55,920 nucleotides of DNA from Streblomastix strix. Lineage: Eukaryota. The notes below the pieces were generated by a model. The model saw nothing but the letters and a program-made list of their open reading frames with translations, was not told where the DNA came from and searched no databases. Of the stretch, positions 44,138 to 55,920 are shown piece after piece (position 1 is the first letter of the stretch; each line of letters starts with the position of its first letter). The position numbers were made by a program, and so were the translations under genes. The DNA lies in the NCBI GenBank assembly GCA_008636045.1, contig SNRW01000004.1:1-55920 (forward strand). Direction: 5' to 3'.

Positions 44138-46120
44138 ATGTCATTCAAATCTAGTGATTATCTTGGATGATTAGCAAAAATACAATATTCTCATTTTATT
44201 AGTAATTATATTTAACTTGACAAAGTTATAAAAACATTATCTATCTATCTATAACTATTTGAAATATCAAAGCAAAACTTCTTCGATTCTACTGTAATTG
44301 AATTTATATCCAGTGGAGTTAAATTTACTAGAGCACCATTAGGAGCACGAGGTAAATCTGCATGTTCAATGGTATAAACTTGTTAAATAAATTGGATTAT
44401 TACTATAACAGCAAATATGTTAGCGATTTAATTGAATAAAATATATGAAAAATGTAATACTACAGGTAAATTAATTGCACGAACTAATTTCAATAGTAAA
44501 GAAGATCCAACAGCTTATTGGACTACAAATATGTCATAAACAACTTAAGGATATTTTGGTAAAACAGCTTATGGTATTGAATCGTCAGAATATCTATAAT
44601 TTTGGATTGGTTTCTCAACAGCTTGTATATCATTCTACCAATTCTAACTAATGAAAGATGCAACAGCAATATGGGGATCTGCAATCTTTGCAAGAGAATA
44701 AGCAGTAATTAGTGGGAATTCTCTTAGAGGCATATATACTAAAAATAGCGTTAGCGAATCAATCCTTGAAAGTATAATTGAAGGAAAACGTTATTGTGGA
44801 ATATTTATTGATATTCCACTTTGTGAAATTGACAGACAAGTAACTGTTTAAACTACTGGAATACCATTCAATTACAAAATTCCTTTTGATTTTACATTTA
44901 GGTGGGTATTTGATCATAAGTAACTAAATCCTATATTTATTTCATTTCCTGTTCTTACACGTAATTATCGAACATTACAATTAAAATTATCGATATAGGA
45001 TTTCCTATAAGATTAGAAGGCTGTTTCGCTTAATAAAAATGACACTATAATGAATAATCATTTAGCTTATCATATGATTCCTCCTGAGAAACCTGAAATT
45101 GTTTATCTTTTAGCTGGAGAAGATTCAAATGGACTTGAATAATAGAGATATAATGTAAGAATTGTAAAAAAGTAAAATGCAACTATTGGTGATAAGATAC
45201 CACAAAATTCAATTAGTTAAATTGGATCGGCTAAATTTGATGTATTGGAGTTTTAGAACGTATGCTTCAATATTGACAATGAAGAAACTATAATTAGTTT
45301 GATTCAATAACAAAAAATAATTAACTTTCGGACATAAGTATTTAGAACATAATCATCATACTTTCCATTTAGTGAATTTGACAAAGAAAGTGGATCTATG
45401 TAAAGTATAATGTTATTCTCTAACATAAAGGCACTATTTATGATATTTGTTATGCCTTAATACCCTACATGATTTTACCATGTATTATTAACAGGACTTA
45501 ATCTAGTTATTGATTAGAATAATATTATCCCATAACCATATAAATCATTAAATTAAGCAACTAATGGATAAATGTTTAACTGCTTCGTTGATTAAGATGT
45601 TGCTAGTGCTCTATCAGATCTATATCATTTACTTACATTTGAGAACTTGAATGTTGTTAATATGAAAAATTTCTATAGATTAATAGATAAAAATAATTAA
45701 CATAAAACTGAAAACATATTCTATTTAATAAAATTGTATAGTGGAAGTAACGCTGTTAAAACACTTTATCCTAACAAATATATGCTTGCACGGAAAATAG
45801 CTACTGATGATTCATTTATGCGAGGATTTAACTCTTCAAAGATGGGATCATGAACTAATGTATAAATAATTATGTAAGGAAATTTGACTAATGGAATTAT
45901 TGATATATCTAATATAAATCCATCATAGAATTAAAATAATTTCAAATAATTCATTGGAACTGGAGCATATCCTGATCCTACTAAAGCGTCAATTACTACA
46001 ATGATGCATTACTTATGTGATGCATTTGTTAGAATTATATTTGATGACAGCTCAATACCATAAATACTAAATATTGATGTTATTGGAGAGCTTGCTGGTG
46101 GAGCTATTAAACCTCAATGA
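44138..46120 (+). pseudogene. Putative major capsid protein (660 codons, 3 in-frame TGA)
   Basis: Single frame from ATG 44138 to TGA 46118-46120, beta-rich, strongly conserved in the second copy. The capsid call is inferred from size, conservation and context, not from a motif. Confidence 0.6.
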
Positions 46121-46170
46121 ATTTACAATTCATCTACGTAGTATTGTTAATGCAAAAATAAATTTATTTT

Positions 46171-46296
46171 TCAATGGCATATTTTTGATTCGCTAGCTTA
46201 TTTGATAGCTGCTTCCCAAATAGTCTTAATGATTGCGTGCCAGTTAATGTTCAATTTTTTAAGAGCATAAATGATGGTCTCATTAAAATCTTCCAT
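46171..46296 (-). CDS. Micro-ORF (41 aa), amphipathic
   Basis: MEDFNETIIYALKKLNINWHAIIKTIWEAAIKQASESKICH-TGA, preceded by AAAAATAAACAA. Confidence 0.4.
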
Positions 46297-46314
46297 TTGT
46301 TTATTTTTAAATTT

Positions 46315-47073
46315 TCAATTTGCTGATTAATTATGAATAGCATATGAATCACAAACTTAAATAGAAAAATCATCAGGTAAACTTAAATAACACATTGTAT
46401 TAATTCTTATATGTCCATCAGGATCAATATAACAGTCCATAGAAGTTGCTCCATTCCAGCATATTAGATAACCATAATTTTTAGCCGCAAACATTGCAGC
46501 ATTCAAAGAAATATTACGAGGTGTTCCTGTGAATTTTGGTTTTATGGCATTATTAATAATAGAAATTGAAGTATATGTTGATATACATACAATATTAGGA
46601 TCAGAATGAGTTACTTATAGAGATAAATATACTCTACTATTTTAAGTTGTCAAAGTACCCCATATTAATTTCTCATGCATTCCATAACCAATTGCATATT
46701 AAGTGGTTTTTTCAATTAGTTCATAGTCTAACTTATCTTTATCAATAGTATCACCATTAGTTTGTAGTAATTAGTTACTTATACCACGATATTTAATAAT
46801 TTTACCAGCAATGATTGGTTATAAAAATATCTTTACCCCACGAATAATCTAGTCATAATGTAGATTAACAAAATCGATTGAATTCTTAAAAAATTAACTA
46901 AAATAATTAAAGTACTTTAATATCTCATTATCAATAACTTATAATAATATATTACTATCTTTAATTTATTTTTATTACTCCTTTTATTGTTATATTTTTT
47001 TACTTAACTATTCTTACTAATTAATCTATTCATCCTCTTCAATCATATCTAAATAACTTCAGTTTTGATCCAT
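46315..47073 (-). pseudogene. Second fibre/receptor-binding-like protein (coiled coil, shaft motif, beta head)
   Basis: Q/E coiled coil, then FVNLHYDQIIRGVKIF...GISNQLLQTNGD (tail-fibre-like motifs) and a ~130 aa beta-rich C-terminus. One TGA near the start. Confidence 0.5.
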
Positions 47074-47536
47074 TTTTATTATAAAAATAATGATCGATCA
47101 TTTATCAAAGAACAAACATTAGGTTTCATTAACATAATAATCTATACTATTAACTTGACATTTAACTCCATATTAGTTATATTAATTATACTTTGTTTGA
47201 GTTTACATTTATTCAATTGCTTCTTAAAATTCACAATATTTTATTCCTATATCCATATTATCACGTAAGACTTTCATCTGTTAGGTATACAATTTAAACA
47301 TATCATCAATATGTTCATTATTTCTTTTCTCAATCATTACATAAATTTGTTACGGAAAACTTGGATTATTTCAATATCGTTTTAATAACTTGTAGTAAGG
47401 TTTATTATTTTTATTTAATGTTCGTTAAAAGAAATCATCACCGCATTAATATTTAGATTCAACGTATATTTGCTTTGGTATATTTTGAGGATTAACAAGC
47501 AATTTACCTTTTCCGATTTAAGATTATGAAAGCATT
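47043..47536 (-). pseudogene. Polinton hypothetical protein
   Basis: MLSQSQIGKGKLLVNPQNIPKQIYVESKY..., with one internal TGA. Confidence 0.45.
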
Positions 47537-47559
47537 TTTGTTGTCGATAAAAATATTTA

Positions 47560-48265
47560 AATGTAAAAAAAAATATACAGCTAAAATAAATATTTCAAAA
47601 AATCATCTTTTGTTATTTCTATTGTAGGTATATCAGATAAACGAACAAAGTCCTTGCTAACTCGATACAGTTTCTCAATTGAATTTTAAAGGATATTATC
47701 AATAACTGATATGCTAACATTTTTAATTAATACATCCATTACTTTTATTAAATTTTTCTTAATATATGATTTACCTATGCATGAATAAGATCTCATTAAT
47801 GATTCTTCTAATACAATTTCAATATTATCTTCATTCTCTTAAATAACTAACGACCAAAGTTTAATAAAATTAACAGATGAAAGTATAAAATCATCACCTC
47901 TTTTTCTTATGGAAACTGTAGCCCAAATTCTATCAATAATGAATTTCATTACATCAAGATTTGGATGAGAAAGGTAAGTATTTTTTAACTACATCCTCAA
48001 GGTTTACTTATGCAGTTGTTCTATCAATTTATTTATATTTATCTTTATTATATTAGCTCTTTTACTTAGTAATTTTTTATTCTGTTAGGATCAATTATTA
48101 AGGTGTTACTTGAATAATTTCATTACCAGTTTCTGTTACATTTTCTTTTGGCTTAATCGTTTCATCAATCGCTGGCATTGTTTAATTGTGACTAATTACC
48201 TCATCGACCAATTGCAATCATATTTTATCTTCATCCGTTAATTCTTTATGTTTAATCTCTGACAT
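47560..48265 (-). pseudogene. Polinton hypothetical protein
   Basis: MSEIKHKELTDEDKI*LQLVDEV...TYLSHPNLDVMKFIIDRIWATV..., with a stop and a frameshift. Confidence 0.5.
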
Positions 48266-48342
48266 TTATTTTTTAGTTTTTGACATGTGAATTTAGTTTC
48301 TTTCTATGCCCTTTATCGTTTTCTTTATTTAAAAATATTCAA

Positions 48343-49010
48343 ATGGACTTCCAACACGCATTAAAGAATTTGATTGAAAGTGGAACAAATATTGAATGCT
48401 TTGATAACGAATATGTAATCCAAATTAATAAAGATATTAGAGTGTTCGAAGATGGAAAGAAGACACTTAAAAAAAATTAACATAAACATAATAGAATAAG
48501 TTATTGTTTTAAGCTCGTGGAGGAGGGATTGCGATCGGAGATCGAAGCGATGTTAACCCAAAGAAAAAAGTTTAAAAATAACCTTAAAAATAAATTGAAG
48601 ATGATGATTTTACATCTTTTGAACGATAGGATGAATAAATTGAATGCGATGACGATTCCATAAGTGAAGTTAGAGAAAAACCATTGAAGAAATAAGTTAG
48701 CAACAGAATTGCTGCCGAAGGTAGAAAAAGAGTTGTTAAAACATCAAAAACTCCATAAATTAATTATACTAATCCTCAACTTGATTTGGAAGAACTAATC
48801 AGGTTGAGAACTGAAAATTCATTTATTAAATAATATTAAGATGATAAACAAATAGAGAAATGTAAATAAAAAATTAAACGATATAAGTAACCAAAATAGA
48901 TTATTGAAAATGAATAAATAATTGAATAAGTTTGAGCTGCAAACGAATGTTAAGAGGAATCTGCATAGTATGAAGAACAGGATAAAGATATTAATTTTGA
49001 TTTATATTGA
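48343..49010 (+). pseudogene. Polinton hypothetical charged protein
   Basis: MDFQHALKNLIESGTNIECFDNEYVIQINKDIRVFEDGKK...; K/E/D-rich and frameshifted. Confidence 0.5.
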
Positions 49011-49480
49011 TCAATTATTTTTTGTTCTTATATTAAAAATGAATCAATATAAACTCAGAAATATTGAAGGAATTTATAGTTCAATGACAAATAAGTATTA
49101 CTTATTAAAAGAATAATTAGACGATGATTAATTTTTAATTTAAACTGACAGTTAGTTACTGAAGCTATGAAAAATGAATTAGACATAATATTTGAAATAA
49201 TAGTGAATTTAGATATGATAATAAAGTTATCTAAATTTATTTAAATTATTAATTTTGTTCCCAGTTTAAAATAGATTAGATACGATATGATTATCTTAAA
49301 CAGTATGAAGTATAACTATAAAATGAATATAAACAAAAGACTAAAAAAATTGTAGATTTTGATATAGATCTAAAGAAAAAATAAGTACAGCATATATATG
49401 CTTTGCTTGATCATACACGAGATTCAATACGTATAGCTGAGGTTTATCTTAATAAAAAATGATTTTGATTATTTTTATTA

Positions 49481-49819
49481 GGCGCCAACACACGATTTAT
49501 TAAAAAGACCAATTTTATTGTTTAATGCTTTATATTTTTTATTTACAAATTAGGAACATGCTCCTGAACAATGTCACACAGTTCATATGAATGACAATAT
49601 ATATAGTTTAATGCTTATTTATTCATGCTTCACATTAGTGTTATGGATTAATGCTTTCAGATATATTTATACGATAGTTTTGTTGGGGAAGATGGTGCCG
49701 TAGGTTTAAAATCATATAAATTCAAATCAATTTGCTAAACCTAATCAATTAGCGTGGTTAAATTAATTTGAATTAATATGATTTTGGAGTTACGGCAAAC
49801 TTCTTCTTTATATACTACT
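49481..49819 (-). repeat. Right terminal inverted repeat (~340 bp) ending ...TACTACT
   Basis: The inner 92 bp is inverted to 30495-30586 and the full length is homologous to 19085-19465. 5'-AGTAGT is a known Polinton terminus type. Confidence 0.88.
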
Positions 49820-50154
49820 AATTGGTCAATCTTTTTTTTATTTTAATTAACTTTCGAAATCTCTTCACTTTTGTTATATTTTTATTCATTTAAAATTCTT
49901 TCTATATATTTATCAATATTTAACTGTTAATTAACAATTTTGCATTTTTATTTGTTGATCATTGCGTGTGGATAAATAAAAATAAAGAATAAAATACGTG
50001 TTATTAAATCAATTAATCTATTAAAAAATGAAAAAGAAGTAAAATAATACAAAATTGATTAGAAAAGTACAATTTAAAAAATATATTAAATTATATTAAT
50101 AGTGTTGTTTATTATGAATATTATAACTCTCTGCTTGATAACAATTTATCTGTA

Positions 50155-53100
50155 TCAAACAATTGGAACTCCTTTCACTCTTGCAATTATCTCTTCAAAT
50201 ATCTTCTTATCCTGTTTCAAGATAAATAATAATATATAGAAAATAATAAAATAAAATATTTTAAACGTATATTGCTAATGAATATTAATACTTTCATGCT
50301 GACTTTGGTAGAATTATAAAAATCTTAAACAGAGTTTGGAATTACAAAAATATCAAAGTTCGGAAGTTCCTGCATAAAAATACAAATAAATTATATAATA
50401 ATCAAAAAAACATAATTTAAAAAATTAAATTATATTCAAAATAACTTTCAGATGAGCAGGTCTTCCTTTTTGCACAAGGAACATTCCCAGCTCAGAATCA
50501 TTGGCCTTTAATAATACAAATGAAAAAATATATATTAATAAAATAAAATAAATTAAAATATAAAATATGCAAAAATAATAATCTAATAATTTTTTAATTA
50601 TATGATCAGCATTTATACTTTGATATGATCTACTATCCATGTGGAGCAGAAAAGTGAAACCTGATATGAACAAATTAATAAACAAACAAATAAATAAATA
50701 GATAAAATAAATAGATAAAGTAATAGGTAAAAAATTAATAATAAATAAAATTATATAAAAATTATTTCAAATTTTATGTATTTGCAAACTTCAGCCAGTG
50801 GAAGTTTAAAACGTGAGAGACTGTCTGAAAATTCAACAACCTTCATTTTTCAATAAAAATTAATATCGATTAATATAATATTTATGAGGAAAACAAATAA
50901 ATTTATTAATCAAATAATCATATTTTCAAATTCAAACAAATCCAATCTTACAAAATTAAATAAATAATACCTTCTTAAATAATGCAATATGCGCTTTCCA
51001 ATGTTGTTTCTTCACAACATCTGGATATTTATATTCTTCCATCAGCATTTCTTCATCAGAAAAGTGTGTTCCTATTTAGAATATCAGAATGAAAGAGAAA
51101 ATAATTATATATTAAACGAAAAAAAAAATTATATAAAAATAAAAGTTCAGCGAATTTATTGGATTTATTACTAATGTATTCTAATACCAGTCAATCTCAC
51201 AATAGTGTTGAGAGTTGCTATTATTTCAAAAGTGTTTTTATTCTCTTATACGCCAATCACAAGTTGAGCTAAATAACCAATAAGCGCTGATCATAAATAT
51301 AATAATATTAAGAATTAATTAAAAATGATTAAATAATGTCTGTTTATGATTATAGTTTATAAATTCTTACTTTCATGAGCAAAGTCTATTCGTCCAACTT
51401 ATACTACGAGATCATCACTCCATTTAATAATATCTTAATCTTTTGTTTTTAAAAATCTATAAAATCATTTATATAAATTTACAAAAATAATTAATATTGA
51501 TAATAATGTAGATAATAAAATAGATAATAAAAAATATATAAAAAATAAACAAACCTCATCATCCTGTGTGATATTATCTGAATCTGTATAAGTTTCTTTG
51601 GAACAGAAAGAAAGAAAATAAATGATATTACAATGAGTAAGAAGAATCCCAGTAAGAAGAAAACTAAAAGCAGTGTAGAATCAGTATTTGTGAAAGTGTT
51701 GAGATCACCCTGTGATTATTATAAAAAAAATATATAATATATTGATTGATAAATAAGAGTTAAATAATATAATATTTAAAAAGTTTGCATTTTTAGTGTT
51801 ATTTTACAATTTAAATATCATACTTATAAATAAACTCCAATCCAGGTAAGAGCTCCCTGAAATTTCAAATAATAATAATTGTTTAAAAGTATAATGATTA
51901 TAATTATTATTATATTAAAAAAATTCATTATTTAATTAAAATGCAATATGAATACTTAAATATCGAGATCAGCAGCTCTGTCAACCAAAACATAATCGGG
52001 ATTTGTGTCTGTAAGGTTTTCAAGTGGATACTAAAATAAATAAATTTAAAAAATTAAATAAAAATAACATTGTGATTTTTTAAAATAACTTTATTGAATG
52101 TCTTTAATATTTAAACACCTTGAGGAAATCGAGTAGAGAGGATCCAAGACGTGAAAGAAGTTCATTCAATCCATAGAATTCACCTTCAATACCTGATTTA
52201 TATAAAAGAAAAATAAATATAATAATAATGAAATATATTAATTAATAAAAACTTTTATTTATTTTCATAATTATGAATTTGAATTATACCTGGAATTCTT
52301 CCAGGAATACATTATGTTTCATCTTCAAGCATACATGTTTGTACTCCTATATGTGAAATTGTAAAAAAGTAATAAAATTAAAGCAAAAAGATTATTAATG
52401 ATTATAATTAATTTCGAATCTATTATTATTTATTGTATTGATTTAAAGTCAATAATTATTTATTATATATATTAATATCAAATCATAATATATTTAATGC
52501 AAACCTGTCATTTTCTCATCCAATTCTTTATCTGATCCCTGTGTGGCTGCTACATTAATCATATCAAATATCTGTTAACGATGAATAAGTGAAAATAATA
52601 ATAGAAAAATATACTGCATTAAAATTATATAATTTGTCAATTTCTTTAAAATAATAAATTGTTTCATTGTTATCATACCTCATCTCCTGAAAGGATCTAT
52701 CCAGATTATCCCTGAATAAACAAATAATAAATAAATATGAATAAAAATCATATTAAATAAATATTTAATCTAAAATCATTTAATTAACTAAAAGCTAACA
52801 AATCAAACTTGCATAAATATACTCCCCAAAGCATTCGTCAACTGCAGCAACTTCTGCATCGCTTCTCTGCAATGGTCCCTCGAAGTAGAGAAGTTTGTAG
52901 ACGTTATCGCAGGTGTTGTATACAATGGATCCGTATATATGAACTAAGGGAGATATGCATCAGATGGTCTTTAATCGATCTATTCACGAATCTAACCAAC
53001 TTTCTCTTCATACAGAGGAAACAAATTGTTGTATGTATACGCAATTGCAAGAGCCTTGATCTGTGTGATGGTTACTCTCCTCCAGCCCGACAGACCAATA

Positions 53101-55920
53101 TGCCCTGAGATAGTTTCTATCTGTTTCATTACTATTATGCTGAATATGAAAGATATATATGTGGATAGTATGATAAGTATTGTGCCAATAACCAGCTGCC
53201 ATTTGATGGAAGATGATACGATTCCTGAGATGGACTTTAATTTATCGTCAACCTGTTCTGATCTTTATTGCTGTTGTCTTTCTCTTTCTTCTTCTTCTGG
53301 GCTCATTTGGGGTTCATCTTCTTTTTGTTGATCTTTTGGTTTCTATTTTAGATCTTCATCTTCTTCTCCTTCTTATTTATCTTATTCTGAGAGAAGCATC
53401 TGACTGTTCATGTTCTTGTTATCACTTTTCGATTTGGCGAATTATCTTTATTGCTGCTTCTGCTTCTGTTCCAATTGATATTACTTCTCTTCCTCGTCTT
53501 CTTCTTCATCTGGAAGATCAACATAATGAAGGCCAAATTTATTGGGCTTCGCTTGTCCACCAAAGCTCTGATTCATCAGCATCATCTGCTGTTATTGGAA
53601 GTTCATCATATTCATGTTGGGATTCATACCATTCATTTGCATCTACATGTTCATGTTCTTATTCTAATTCTCGTTGTCCATCAATTGATCTTCTTCATTA
53701 TCGATTTCATATCCTTCTTCATCTAATAATACTTTCTATTAGACTTGTGGGAGTTGTGACCCTTTTTATTATTTTTTATTTGCTAGTTTTGCTTTGTTTT
53801 GAGGATCAACTTTCTATCTTTGTTAATCATCTTATGGAGTAGTCTATCTAATTTGCTGCTGTAATTGTTATTGTTATTATTATTATAATTATTACTGTTG
53901 AGTCATTTACATAAATTATTGTTATTATTGTTATATTTATTATGGGTTCATTCCCATTTGCTACATCATTGATTACTACTGAAGCTGCATTTATGTTTAT
54001 TATATCTACTACATCTGATTCTAAACCTCGGCTGATTCCTTAGAATTAATTTACATTTGCTGTTAAATTACTTACATTTGCATATTGGATTGTTATGCTT
54101 GTATCTGATACTGCTGATATTATTAAAGAAGCTATTATTGTTATTATGGGGGTTTCCCTTATGATTATTGCTGAACTTGTTGCATTTATAATTAATTTTA
54201 TTATAATTGCTGTTATAAAATTGTTAACTAATTTTGTAGTTATTATTAATTCATTTGCAATTGATTGTTATTCATTTGTAACTATTGGAATTTGGCGAGA
54301 TTTTATTACATTTATTATTAAAGTGGATTTGTTGTTTGTTGGACATTCTGTTATTAGGGACCTAATAGTAAATAAAAAAATATGAAAAAGGTAAAATAAA
54401 ACATAAATTAAAAATAAAAAATTATATAATTTAATTAAATAATATATATAAAAAATAAACCAGTTATCATCAATGGTTGCATCATTCCTGTTCCTTACAT
54501 TTATTAATTTGTGTTCATAATATTCATATTCATGTTATTATTCATTGTTGCATTTGGCATATTTATTCCCATTTAATTAAACATCTACAAATTTGCATTG
54601 TCCAAAGCACTACTATTCATCATTTAATTCATAATTTATCCATTATTTTAGCCCATCATAGGCAATATTTCTTTTGATTCATGAACTTTAATCAATTTAT
54701 TATCCTTATTATCTTTTTCATTCACTTTATCCCTTTCTTTAGATTTACCACGAGCACTCACTTTAGGAGTAACTCCATCTTCCTTCTTCTATTCACTATT
54801 TTCCTTCTTCAATTCATTATCCTTATCTTCATTATCTTATCCATCTTATTGACTCTTAGTAACTGACTATGCTTATAAAGTATTCCTCTGTTATTCTCTG
54901 GGCTCTTATGATGACTATTCCATCTTCTCAACTGCATATGTGGCTGATTCTATTGGGAGGGAGCAGATCAGTTTGAGGATTTGCTTACGGTCTCTGATTA
55001 GTATTATATAAGGTGGTGTGTATTATATATATAATGTAGATGAGAATTGTTAATGATAGATAAAAATATATAAATAAAAATATCAATATAATAATAATTG
55101 AATTAATTCTCTTTTTCTTTAAATTATAAATTTTTATCAACAAATTTAATTTTAAATTAAATTATCTATTTACCTTACTACTTCATTAATACCCATTATT
55201 AGAGGAAGGGTTGAAGCTAAGAAGAGAACAATTGCAACAGCAACCATACATATCACTTAGATAATAATACCTCTGGTTGATTCACTATGAATTTGTAAGA
55301 AAAATAATAATAATAAATATAATTATATTTAAACAAAATTAATTTATTTAACTAAGAAATAAACTAATAAAAACCTTATTATTAATTTCAGTTCATCTCC
55401 AAAGACGTTTTTAATGTCTTCTGTGAAAATGTATGGTACATTCACAGTCAGATCAGCAGTTAAACCTCTGATTGTGGCTAAGTCAGGAGTTATCTAATTA
55501 TAATAATAAAATTATAGATAAAACATGAATCTATATAAATAATCATTTACATATCCATTTCATATAATAAACATATCATCCAATTAATTAATTAATTAAT
55601 TAATCCACCCAATAATAATATCCATAAACTCCTCCAATACCTCAATCCTGTATCTGTCCACAATCTCTGCTCCCATATCCTGGGCCCATGCAGCCATACC
55701 TGCGAGATCATTCATGTCCTTCCTGATACCAATGATTGGTTTCTCTGGAGTCATTGTGTCTGGAGATGTATTTGGTAGATGGAGGGATGGATTAAGTAGT
55801 TATTATTATGATGATGAATATGATAAAGTATTTTAATTAATTAAAGTTGGAATTGATTCATTTAGGAAAGATTATTCTAACAGCGTTTCAGTTTAATTTT
55901 TATTGTTTTCAGTAATATTT
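50155..55920 (-). CDS. Large multi-exon multi-pass membrane protein with low-complexity loop and C-terminal hemerythrin domain (5' end outside window)
   Basis: TM segments IIIQVICMVAVAIVLFLASTLPLIMGI (~55180-55270), WQLVIGTILIILSTYISFIFSIIVM (~53130-53200) and one near 51610-51680. Hemerythrin exons: IKWSDDLVVQVGRIDFAHE / THFSDEEMLMEEYKYPDVVKKQHWKAH / STWIVDHIK / ANDSELGMFL. TGA at 50155-50157. Confidence 0.85.

Larger units (their letters stand above)
30444..49819 (+). mobile_element. Polinton/Maverick-like endogenous virus, ~19.4 kb, mildly decayed, outer left TIR lost
   Basis: Inverted repeats 30495-30586 / 49481-49572; right terminus ...ACTACT; intronless, densely packed genes including integrase, pPolB, A32-like ATPase and putative capsids. 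Confidence 0.93.

Noticed and set aside
33901..46120. TGA readthrough or all-stop-codon reassignment in Polinton genes
   Set aside because: The paralogous copy has TGG at one site and AGA at another, the same genes carry frameshifts and a catalytic DTD>DTG change, and host genes end in TGA. This indicates decay rather than recoding.

Overview
Very AT-rich eukaryotic DNA with short GT-AG introns. TAA/TAG are read as Gln and only TGA stops, so the supplied standard-code ORF track is almost entirely spurious. The code, intron style and gene families suggest an oxymonad such as Streblomastix (inference). Host content: the 3' end of a Cys-rich surface protein, a decayed C2-domain gene, a glycerol dehydrogenase fragment, a type-I membrane protein with a Pro/Gln repeat tail, a multi-exon PAK/STE20 kinase, and a large multi-pass membrane protein ending in a complete hemerythrin domain. 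Mobile content: (i) a ~19.4 kb, mildly decayed Polinton/Maverick-like endogenous virus (~30444-49819) with terminal inverted repeats, integrase, protein-primed PolB, packaging ATPase, putative major and minor capsids, two fibre-like genes and a tRNA-like element; (ii) remnants of a second, inverted copy of the same family (~7570-10390 and ~18272-19465); (iii) a DIRS-type tyrosine-recombinase retrotransposon (~12587-18183). All translations were done by eye, no database searches were run, and boundaries of decayed ORFs are approximate.
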